Assembly (NCBI GenBank): GCA_021811735.1
Contig: JAJZNK010000015.1
Coordinates: 1-48,281, forward strand
Source: Nanobdellota archaeon
GTDB taxonomy: Archaea > Nanobdellota > Nanobdellia > Parvarchaeales > Parvarchaeaceae
DNA: 48,281 nt
Direction of reading: 5' to 3'
The notes beneath the pieces were generated by a model. It saw nothing but the letters and a program-made list of their open reading frames with translations, did not search any database and had not been told where the DNA came from. A program made the translations under genes and the position numbers. Positions 37,165 through 44,622 of the stretch are shown piece after piece. Each line of letters opens with the position of its first letter. Within the stretch, counting starts at the first letter, position 1.

Positions 37165-37809
37165 ATGGCTTCAAAACAAGGTACAACGCTTAGTAATATC
37201 TTAGCCATAGTGTTGTTGATAATCATTCTAGTGGCTGTCTTCTATGGATTTAAATCTCACATAATGGTTTTTAATTCGTGTTATTTTTCGAATTCTACAT
37301 TAGCAGTCAATAGCAATGGACCATTTTGCCTTGCGAATAATGTTATCAACATAATAATAAACCGATCAATACTATCCTACTATTCGAATTCTACATTAGC
37401 AGTTCATAACCAAAACGTTTCAGCACTACCATTTTCTTTTTTGGACGGGAAACCGTATATAACAGTGTGGAATGAACCCTCCAGTATAGGTTTGGATTCG
37501 TATTCATTTTTAACCATACCTGATACTTTTAAAGTCCACATGCAATATAATGCGACTGCAGACACATATTTTATAGTAATGACAAATCAGCAGTATATAT
37601 CTTGGGTTAGAAACGGGGGCAGCCTTGTAAACGATACAACGCTTCTAACAAAGGGAAAGAATGTTGCTGTTTGGTTTAATGAAAGCACTGGTTGCGCTGG
37701 ATATGTTGCAGTAATAGAATCCACAAATAAGCAGCCGGTTTCCATAACTCCTAATGAGCAGATATTGTATGATCCGGCAAGCGCCCCGACTGGAGCGTGT
37801 ATTACATAG
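37165..37809 (+). CDS. Class III signal peptide-like secreted or surface protein
   Basis: MASKQG/TTLSNILAIVLLIIILVAVFYGF. The body is N-x-S/T-rich and contains an in-frame internal 21-nt exact repeat. Confidence 0.55.
   Translation: MASKQGTTLSNILAIVLLIIILVAVFYGFKSHIMVFNSCYFSNSTLAVNSNGPFCLANNVINIIINRSILSYYSNSTLAVHNQNVSALPFSFLDGKPYITVWNEPSSIGLDSYSFLTIPDTFKVHMQYNATADTYFIVMTNQQYISWVRNGGSLVNDTTLLTKGKNVAVWFNESTGCAGYVAVIESTNKQPVSITPNEQILYDPASAPTGACIT
37287..37403 (+). repeat. Two exact 21-nt direct repeats (TTCGAATTCTACATTAGCAGT) at 37287-37307 and 37383-37403
   Basis: Read directly from the sequence. The spacing is 96 nt (32 codons), in frame, and both copies encode SNSTLAV. Confidence 0.9.
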
Positions 37810-37848
37810 AGTAGTCAATTTTAAATCCTTTAATGTTATATTAATACT

Positions 37849-38460
37849 ATGGAAGTTGATGTTTTTGACGCGGTAAACGAATTGAAAAGTTTTTATGATG
37901 AGAATTCAGCCCTCTCTAAAATAAGTGGTTTGGTAAATTACAAGAAGGTTGAGATTAGCATGGAATATAAGGAAGGAGTTATACGAATAAAAGTTCAACA
38001 TCCTCTTTCAATAAAAGTGTATAAGATATATAACATACTTATGAGACTTTTCCTTATAAAATCCGTCAAATTGACGATGGATTTTATCGAAAATAACAAA
38101 CAAAAATCCGTATCGAAACAATTCGGCCCGAATGAAAACATAGATCCTATAATAGAAGACTTAAGGGGATTGCCACATGATACTATCTCCGATATAGTAA
38201 TCGATACCGATTATTTTAAACTTGTGGAAACACAAGATATGAGCGACAATGTCTCTATAATGCTAAAGAAAAACGGAAAGAAAGAACTTTTTAAAAGTTT
38301 CTCAAATTATCTTTTCCCGTTCATAAATATGCCTGCAAACGAGTCTTTAAAAGAAGAAATATCTTTTTTAAAGAGTAACGATGAGTTAACTGTCGATATA
38401 TCTATGAGAGTGGATAACTCACCGATGGGTATAAAATCAAAAAAAGTAAAATTAGTTTAA
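37849..38460 (+). CDS. Hypothetical 203-aa cytoplasmic protein, first gene of the KaiC-like/GTPase/Roadblock run
   Basis: ORF with a TATA-like box at -27 and no recognisable motif. It ends 4 nt before the next gene. Confidence 0.5.
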   Translation: MEVDVFDAVNELKSFYDENSALSKISGLVNYKKVEISMEYKEGVIRIKVQHPLSIKVYKIYNILMRLFLIKSVKLTMDFIENNKQKSVSKQFGPNENIDPIIEDLRGLPHDTISDIVIDTDYFKLVETQDMSDNVSIMLKKNGKKELFKSFSNYLFPFINMPANESLKEEISFLKSNDELTVDISMRVDNSPMGIKSKKVKLV

Positions 38461-38464
38461 AAAA

Positions 38465-39133
38465 ATGGAAAATCTAAAGACAGGTCTTAAATCCTTTGAT
38501 GAATTATCCGGTGGGTTGGACTACAGAAAAACATACGCCTTATTTGGTAATAAAGAATCTGGCAAAGAACAGTTTATCTATAAGCTTGTACAGTCTGCCC
38601 TCTCTAATAGAAATGCAGTCGTTTATGTTTTGACCTCTAAATCTTATTCTGAGCTTATAAACGAATTCAATGCGAGAACTATCCCTATAAACCAGTATCT
38701 TGGTCAAGACTTTAAGATACTTGATGATTTCAGCAGAACCAATTCTCCCAGCATGACAGATAATTCATATGCCAAGATCCTAAACGGCCCAGTCGACTTG
38801 ACAGGTCTGTCAGTTGCGCTCTCAAATACTAATAGCGATTTTTTAAAAGATGCGAAGACTGTTATAAACATCTTTGACAATCTTTCAAACCTTTTAATAT
38901 ACAATAACCCGTTGACAGTTTACAGGTTCCTACAGTTTATATGTGGAAAATCGAAGTTAGCAGGAGTAACTACAGTATTCTCGGTTGATACGGCCATGCA
39001 CTCTCCAGACGTCATAGAAACCATAAAGAATTTATCTGATGCAATCATAAGCTTAAAGCTCGAAAATGGGAAAAGATATTTCACTTTATCTGGTACTAGC
39101 AGAGAAGTTTTAGACTTTAAGGAAATAGATTGA
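38465..39133 (+). CDS. KaiC/RecA-superfamily single-domain ATPase-like protein (ArlH/FlaH-like) with an atypical Walker A
   Basis: LKTGLKSFDELSGGLDYRKTYALFGNKESGKEQFIYKLV follows the KaiC-like layout (TG...LD..LgGG...h.G..GsGK). The P-loop reads GNKESGKE, with Glu where Ser/Thr is expected. Walker-B-like INIFDNLS. Confidence 0.6.
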   Translation: MENLKTGLKSFDELSGGLDYRKTYALFGNKESGKEQFIYKLVQSALSNRNAVVYVLTSKSYSELINEFNARTIPINQYLGQDFKILDDFSRTNSPSMTDNSYAKILNGPVDLTGLSVALSNTNSDFLKDAKTVINIFDNLSNLLIYNNPLTVYRFLQFICGKSKLAGVTTVFSVDTAMHSPDVIETIKNLSDAIISLKLENGKRYFTLSGTSREVLDFKEID

Positions 39134-39167
39134 ATACATTTAAAAAGATTGGGAAACATAGAATGAT

Positions 39168-40406
39168 ATGGTCGAATATAAGGGTTTAGATGGATTGCCT
39201 GAAGAAATAGACCCCTATTTTGGTATAGCAAAACTCGATGAACAGTTGAAAGGGATTCCATCAAAAAAAATAGTCCTTATATCAGCTTCACCGTCGGTTG
39301 GAAATGAAGTTTTTGGTTATCAGATAATAAGTAAGAACGTAAACTCCAACGTAAAAACTGTAGTGTTTCTGAATAGAACTTCTCCACAGTCGTATCTTAC
39401 GGAAATGAAAGAATATGATTTACCATCGAATAATAACTTGGTTATAATAGATGCATATAGCGGAATAACCGGTATAAAATCAGACGAGACCGACCATGTA
39501 AGAGTTATAGATAACCCATATGACAAAGAGGAAGTTAAATCCAAAATAGTCTCAGAACTTAAGAAGGGTTACGGCCTTCTGGTCATAGATTCACTTTCAC
39601 TACTGATAGATTTCTTCGACTTCGACTATGTAAATTCGTTGGTAGCTGCCATAAAGAAATCCATTGAGGAAAACGATTCAGCAGCAGTCTTCCTGTTTAC
39701 GGATTGGGGATACGAAAAGGAAAGCCTGCAGAAGTTAAGTTCAAATTCCAATTCCACTATAGAAATAAAAGGTATAGAAAAACGGGTTATATTCGGACAG
39801 TATTTTGCGGTTCTTAACTGTGACTGGCTTGAATCTAAGCAAGGGTTCTCAGCAGTCTTATTCAAGGCGATGAAGCCTGGAGGAATAAAAGTGTATTTCC
39901 CGAAAATACTTGTAACAGGCCCTACGGATGCGGGTAAAAGTTCATTTATACACAGTGCTTCCAAAAACGCAGTCAGCGTAGATAAACTCGGTGGTACAAT
40001 AGCGTTAGACCATGGTAATGTTGATTTTGAGGGTTATCGCGCGGATTTATTTGGTACACCTGGGCAGGAAAGATTCGATCCTCTTCTAAAAATGTTGGGA
40101 GGGGAGGCTATAGGCGTTTTCCTTGTAGTGGACTCGACAAAACCAGAGCAGTTTCCGAGAGCTATAGAAATGCTTAGAAAGACGGAAACATATGGTTTAC
40201 CTGTGGTAGTTGTCGCTAATAAATCAGATTTAGAAGGGGCATTGGGAAAAGAGGAAATAAGAGAAAAGCTTCATCTTGATTCTAATATTACTTTAATACA
40301 GACTTTTGCACAGGATTTGTCAAAGGTTGATCCAAACGAGCCGACAAAATTAAAAGAGGCAGGAATACACGAAGCTCTTTCAGCTCTTTTCAAACAATTG
40401 ACATAG
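39168..40406 (+). CDS. Fusion protein: degenerate KaiC/RecA-like N-domain plus a C-terminal small Ras-superfamily (MglA/COG2229-like) GTPase
   Basis: N-domain: GIAKLDEQLKGIPSKKIVLISASPSVGNEVFGYQII has the KaiC-like layout, but the P-loop lysine is lost (SPSVGNEV); Walker-B-like LLVIDSLS. C-domain: G1 GPTDAGKS, G3 DLFGTPGQERF, G4 VANKSD. Confidence 0.7.
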   Translation: MVEYKGLDGLPEEIDPYFGIAKLDEQLKGIPSKKIVLISASPSVGNEVFGYQIISKNVNSNVKTVVFLNRTSPQSYLTEMKEYDLPSNNNLVIIDAYSGITGIKSDETDHVRVIDNPYDKEEVKSKIVSELKKGYGLLVIDSLSLLIDFFDFDYVNSLVAAIKKSIEENDSAAVFLFTDWGYEKESLQKLSSNSNSTIEIKGIEKRVIFGQYFAVLNCDWLESKQGFSAVLFKAMKPGGIKVYFPKILVTGPTDAGKSSFIHSASKNAVSVDKLGGTIALDHGNVDFEGYRADLFGTPGQERFDPLLKMLGGEAIGVFLVVDSTKPEQFPRAIEMLRKTETYGLPVVVVANKSDLEGALGKEEIREKLHLDSNITLIQTFAQDLSKVDPNEPTKLKEAGIHEALSALFKQLT

Positions 40407-40436
40407 TTATTTAAAGAGGCAAATTATAAATTAGTT

Positions 40437-40811
40437 ATGGCTACAAAATCCGAACAATTGAAAAGTGTTTTACAGAGATTAAGCACGGTTGGTGGAATAA
40501 AGGCCTCAGCAGTGATATCTTCAAACGGTTTGCCAATGGTTTCATTAATGCCTGAAGATGTAGACCCGAATACATTCGCGGCAATGCTTGCTTCTATGGT
40601 TGGTTCGGCAGAGACTGCTTTAAAATCACTTGGAGCAAAGAATACACTCGATAGAGTAGTAGCTGAGTCGAAGGATATACGGGTTGTCGCAGTACAAGCT
40701 GGCACGGACGCTATCTTGACTATAATGATTGACCCAAATACTAATTATGGTTTGATTCTTCTAGAGTCGAAGAAGGCTTCTGACGAAATAGCGACCATAA
40801 TGAAGCAATGA
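40437..40811 (+). CDS. Roadblock/LC7 (MglB-like) domain protein
   Basis: LQRLSTVGGIKASAVISSNGLPMVS...DPNTFAAMLASMVGSAE...VVAVQAGTDAILTIMID...YGLILLESKKASDEI fits the Roadblock/LC7 pattern; 124 aa; directly downstream of the GTPase. Confidence 0.75.
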   Translation: MATKSEQLKSVLQRLSTVGGIKASAVISSNGLPMVSLMPEDVDPNTFAAMLASMVGSAETALKSLGAKNTLDRVVAESKDIRVVAVQAGTDAILTIMIDPNTNYGLILLESKKASDEIATIMKQ

Positions 40812-40866
40812 TTGACTGAAACCATACTGCGTCCAATTGCACCCTAAATCCTAGCCATTATCTGTT

Positions 40867-41133
40867 TTAGAGCGTCTTTACAATATCATTGAGTTTATCA
40901 ATATTATCCTGATTTATTGCATCTATGATTGCTAATTTACTCTTTTTTCTTATTTTTATCTTTTCCCCACTTTTGATTACTTTTACCTGTTCTCTCTCTA
41001 AGTCTACAGGCATCTTTCCGTTTTTTGGTTCAAAGTTTTCATAGTATCCTTTTTTGATATATACTATCTCATAATCTCTAAATTTTACCGTCTTCACGGA
41101 TTTACTCTGTCTATGAGTGTACCATTCTTCCAT
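40867..41133 (-). CDS. Hypothetical 88-aa protein
   Basis: ORF only; K/E-rich; no motif recognised. Confidence 0.35.
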   Translation of the reverse strand: MEEWYTHRQSKSVKTVKFRDYEIVYIKKGYYENFEPKNGKMPVDLEREQVKVIKSGEKIKIRKKSKLAIIDAINQDNIDKLNDIVKTL

Positions 41134-41252
41134 AACGGTATAGTGTTTTTTTAGTTTAAATCAATTACTATATGATATGTTCAATCTACTTAAAATTTAT
41201 TTTTACGGGATACTTATTTATAACCTGCCGATTAAAAGATATAATGTTATGA

Positions 41253-41336
41253 GCTCAGGTTGCGTAACCTGGCATCGCGTAAGCCTGGAGAGCTTATGGG
41301 AGCAATCCCTTGAGGGTTCGAATCCCTCCCTGAGCG
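41253..41336 (+). tRNA. tRNA-Ser(GGA), no intron
   Basis: Acceptor GCTCAGG/CCTGAGC with G73. Anticodon arm TAAGC-CTGGAGA-GCTTA. Long variable arm TGGGAGCAATCCCTT. T arm GAGGG-TTCGAAT-CCCTC. Confidence 0.85.
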
Positions 41337-41358
41337 TTTATTTTGTCTGTGTAAAAGG

Positions 41359-43269
41359 TCATTTCTCCTCGTACAGCTTTCTGAGTTTTATGTCTTCAAG
41401 TCTTTCGTTTATGAAATCTTCTATTTTAAGGTTATAAGCCGTCTTGCCTTTTCTATTTCTTACTGCAATCGTATTCTTTTCTTCTTCTTTGTTTCCTATG
41501 ATTATGATGTAGGGGATTTTTTCAAGTTGACCTTTCCTTATTTTGTAGTCAAGGGTTCCGTTTTCAAGTTCATTATCAACTCTTATTTCACTACTCTTCA
41601 ACTTTTCTACTATCTTTAAAGCATACTCATTGTTTTTTTCTGTAATAGTTAATACTCTGACCTGTACAGGAGAGAGCCAAAATGGAAGTTCTCCCTTCGA
41701 GTTTTCCAATATTATCCCCATAAATCTTCCGATAGTACCCATTATTGACTTATGTATGACTATTGGAAAGTGCTCTTTATTGTCACTGCCCACATATTTT
41801 GCATCGAATCTTACTGCAAGATTAAAATCTAGTTGGATGGTTGATACTGCATAGGCATCTTCCGGTTTGCCGCTAAAATCAAGCGCATAAATGTCTATCT
41901 TTGGCCCGTAGAATGCACCGTCTCCTTCCTTAATTTCGTAATCGTAGCCCTTCTTCTCTATAGCAGCTTTAAGTATAGACTCTCCTTTGTCCCAAAGTGC
42001 TTCTTCTCCTATCCTTTTTTCTGGCCTTGTTGCAAGTTTCATTATTGGTTTTAGGTTAAACTTGTCATATACTTCATCCATCATATCAAACGTTCGCATT
42101 ATCTCGCCTTCTATCTGATCCTCTGTCGCGTATACATGCGAATCATTCTGTTCCATAAGCCTAGTTCTGAATAATCCATCCAACGTTCCTTCAAGCTCAT
42201 ATCTATGCAAGAAACCATAATCTGCAAGTCTCATCGGTAATTCTCTATAGCTTCTGGTTCTAGCTTTAAATAAAATTACCGAAAATGGACAGTTCATTGG
42301 TTTCAAACCGTACTCTTCATCAGATTCAAATGGAGTAACCTTAAACATATTTTCTCTGTATTTGTCAAAATGTCCGCTTATTTTCCATAAGTCAACTTTT
42401 GCTATCAGAGGTGTTATTATCTCTGAATAATCATATTTCTTGTCCAGCTCTCTGGCAAATTTGAGTAGTTCATTATAGACTATCGTTCCCTTTACGGTGA
42501 AAAATGGGGATCCGGGTGAAAGGTCAGAAAATTCAAATAATCCGAGCTCTTTTCCTATCTTTTTATGATCATGCTCTTTTCTTTCCTCCACAAGTTTGAT
42601 ATATTCCTCAAGTTCTTTCTTAGATGGAAAACTTATGCCGTATATCCTTGTCATCACTTCTCTTTTACTATCTCCCTTCCAGTATGCTCCGGCAACTTTA
42701 AGTAGTTTTATAGCAGATAGGTAAATTGTCGAAGGGATATGTGGGCCTCGGCACAAATCAAAAAAATCTCCATTTTTGTATATACTCAAGCCTTCATCTA
42801 CCTCATTTATTATTTCAAGTTTGAATTTATTATCCTTCAGAAGTTCCTTTGCCTCTTCCTTTGAGATATCCTTCCTTTCAAATACTAAGTTTTCCTTTGC
42901 AATTGCATACATCTCTTTTTCTATCTTTTCAAGATCATTATCGCCTGTTTTTATGTTGTATATATCATAATAAAACCCTTCTTCAATAGCAGGCCCTATA
43001 CCAAGTATTGCTTCGGGATAAAGTCTCTTGACCGCAGTTGCCAAAACATGTGCAGACGAGTGCCAAAACACCTTTTTACCCTCCTCATCATCGAAAGTGA
43101 GGAATTTTATCTCACCATCTTCATCTACCTTTCTTGATAGGTCAATTAGTCTACCATTAATCTGTGCAACAAGCAGTTCTTTCATAGGGACATTGAACTC
43201 CTTGGCTATCTCCCTGGCAGTCTTACCTTTCTCTATATCTTTTTCCGATTTTTTGTATAAGATCTTCAT
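41359..43269 (-). CDS. thrS: Threonyl-tRNA synthetase (with N-terminal TGS and editing/SAD domains)
   Basis: HSSAHVLA (SAD/editing), class II core (RGPH, FHRYELEG-like LHRYE, MNCPF...), C-terminal anticodon-binding domain; 636 aa. Confidence 0.9.
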   Translation of the reverse strand: MKILYKKSEKDIEKGKTAREIAKEFNVPMKELLVAQINGRLIDLSRKVDEDGEIKFLTFDDEEGKKVFWHSSAHVLATAVKRLYPEAILGIGPAIEEGFYYDIYNIKTGDNDLEKIEKEMYAIAKENLVFERKDISKEEAKELLKDNKFKLEIINEVDEGLSIYKNGDFFDLCRGPHIPSTIYLSAIKLLKVAGAYWKGDSKREVMTRIYGISFPSKKELEEYIKLVEERKEHDHKKIGKELGLFEFSDLSPGSPFFTVKGTIVYNELLKFARELDKKYDYSEIITPLIAKVDLWKISGHFDKYRENMFKVTPFESDEEYGLKPMNCPFSVILFKARTRSYRELPMRLADYGFLHRYELEGTLDGLFRTRLMEQNDSHVYATEDQIEGEIMRTFDMMDEVYDKFNLKPIMKLATRPEKRIGEEALWDKGESILKAAIEKKGYDYEIKEGDGAFYGPKIDIYALDFSGKPEDAYAVSTIQLDFNLAVRFDAKYVGSDNKEHFPIVIHKSIMGTIGRFMGIILENSKGELPFWLSPVQVRVLTITEKNNEYALKIVEKLKSSEIRVDNELENGTLDYKIRKGQLEKIPYIIIIGNKEEEKNTIAVRNRKGKTAYNLKIEDFINERLEDIKLRKLYEEK

Positions 43270-43358
43270 TTATTTTATATAAAATTGCATATATTAATAA
43301 TTAAATTATTTTAGTCATATTAAATAATGTATTAATAACCAAATATAGTATAACTTGT

Positions 43359-43535
43359 ATGTTAGGTAATAAGAAGGGTATGGAGCTAGGGATAACTATA
43401 ATAGTAATTATAGTGATTGCGTTAGCTTTATTGGTTATACTGTTGTTCCTTCTTAAGAGTGGAATATTTACACCGATTACCGGTTTGTTGAAATCTTCTC
43501 CGAACACAACTAGTATTAATAACTCACTTCCATAA
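43359..43535 (+). CDS. Small (58 aa) class III signal peptide-like protein (absent from the ORF track)
   Basis: Hand translation gives MLGNKKG/MELGITIIVIIVIALALLVILLFLLKSGIFTPITGLLKSSPNTTSINNSLP*. It has a basic leader ending in KKG followed by a long hydrophobic helix. It competes with the antisense ORF 43301..43507, which lacks any such signal. Confidence 0.45.
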   Translation: MLGNKKGMELGITIIVIIVIALALLVILLFLLKSGIFTPITGLLKSSPNTTSINNSLP

Positions 43536-43591
43536 TTTTGAATATAAACTATTTTAATGTTTTTCTAGTGATTTTTACGCAGGCTGCACAC

Positions 43592-44035
43592 TCAGCATTT
43601 GAAGTAATAAAGATTATAGTTTTTACCAGACTTTATTCTGAGCGTTTTAGTTTTGCTAGTCGAAGTTGTAGCATTTGAACATAGAGTTTTGTAGCTAGAT
43701 ATTATAGGATAGATTACAAGTGAATAGTTGCCAGAAGATGACTGTACTCTTATGCTGTCATTTAAATATTCCGTGTAGTTTACGCTGTTAAAGTTTATAG
43801 TCCAGCTGTAAATTATACTTGGAAAAGGTGTACACGAGGAAGAGCAATTATACGCTGTAAAATTGGTTGTGACTTCAGAAAATTGCCCAGTGCTTGAAGT
43901 TTTCAGGTCATTTGTTAATCCGTTTAGATTACTCATTATATAAGTCCTTATAGTTGAATCAAATATGAGTAGTATGACTATGGCTATTATTGCAGTTATT
44001 AACACCCAAGCACTGAAATTTATTTGTCCCTTCAT
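43592..44035 (-). CDS. Class III signal peptide (type IV pilin-like) protein
   Basis: MKGQ/INFSAWVLITAIIAIVILLIF. The body is S/T/N/Y-rich with several N-x-S/T sequons. The ATG overlaps the stop of the upstream methyltransferase gene by 4 nt. Confidence 0.6.
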   Translation of the reverse strand: MKGQINFSAWVLITAIIAIVILLIFDSTIRTYIMSNLNGLTNDLKTSSTGQFSEVTTNFTAYNCSSSCTPFPSIIYSWTINFNSVNYTEYLNDSIRVQSSSGNYSLVIYPIISSYKTLCSNATTSTSKTKTLRIKSGKNYNLYYFKC

Positions 44036-44622
44036 ACATTTAATTTATATATTAATATGATTGGCAAGGTATAAGAGGGTTTTTTATGAAAATACAGACT
44101 CCGCTGTAGTTTTATCCCTGCAAGTTTCGATATCGACAGGTTGTTTGCTTGTACTATTTTTCTAATGCTAAAGTTGTCTTTGTATAAGAAGAAAAAATTG
44201 TTGGATATTTCGTCTACCTTTTTAATAAATGCGACTATACTAAAGTTACTCTGAAATCCAAAAGGAGGGTTCGAAACTATGACATCATATTTTTTGTCGA
44301 TGTCAAATAGGTCTTTTTTGATTACGTTTACATTTTTAAGTCCGAGTTTCTCTACGTTTTTTCCAGCAATTTTGACTTGGAGTTCGTCAATGTCGTACAT
44401 ATCTATCTCTGATGCTCCAGACACGGCAGCGGATATACCAAGTATTCCGTCACCACAGCCAATATCAGCCACTTTCATCCCTTCAAAAGATAGATTTTGG
44501 CCTATAAATTCTGTAACTTCATAAGCAGTATCTATATCCGTGCCATACTGCTCCAGTTTTAATTTGTTACTTGTATTTCTCTCAAGTTTTGACAGCATTC
44601 TATAAAAATCATTTTTTTTCAT
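44032..44622 (-). CDS. METTL5-like class I SAM-dependent N6-adenine methyltransferase
   Basis: LEQYGTDIDTAYEV, SAM motif VADIGCGDGILG, catalytic VSNPPFG; 196 aa. Confidence 0.7.
   Translation of the reverse strand: MKKNDFYRMLSKLERNTSNKLKLEQYGTDIDTAYEVTEFIGQNLSFEGMKVADIGCGDGILGISAAVSGASEIDMYDIDELQVKIAGKNVEKLGLKNVNVIKKDLFDIDKKYDVIVSNPPFGFQSNFSIVAFIKKVDEISNNFFFLYKDNFSIRKIVQANNLSISKLAGIKLQRSLYFHKKPSYTLPIILIYKLNV

Noticed and set aside
41177-41437. 86-aa + strand ORF
   Set aside because: It completely spans tRNA-Ser(GGA) and runs antisense into the thrS 3' end. It is explained by the tRNA and by shadowing.
43301-43507. 68-aa minus-strand ORF from the track
   Set aside because: It has no upstream signal and an odd composition. 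The + strand ORF 43359..43535 in the same place has a recognisable basic leader plus hydrophobic helix. Neither is certain, and I favour the + strand reading.
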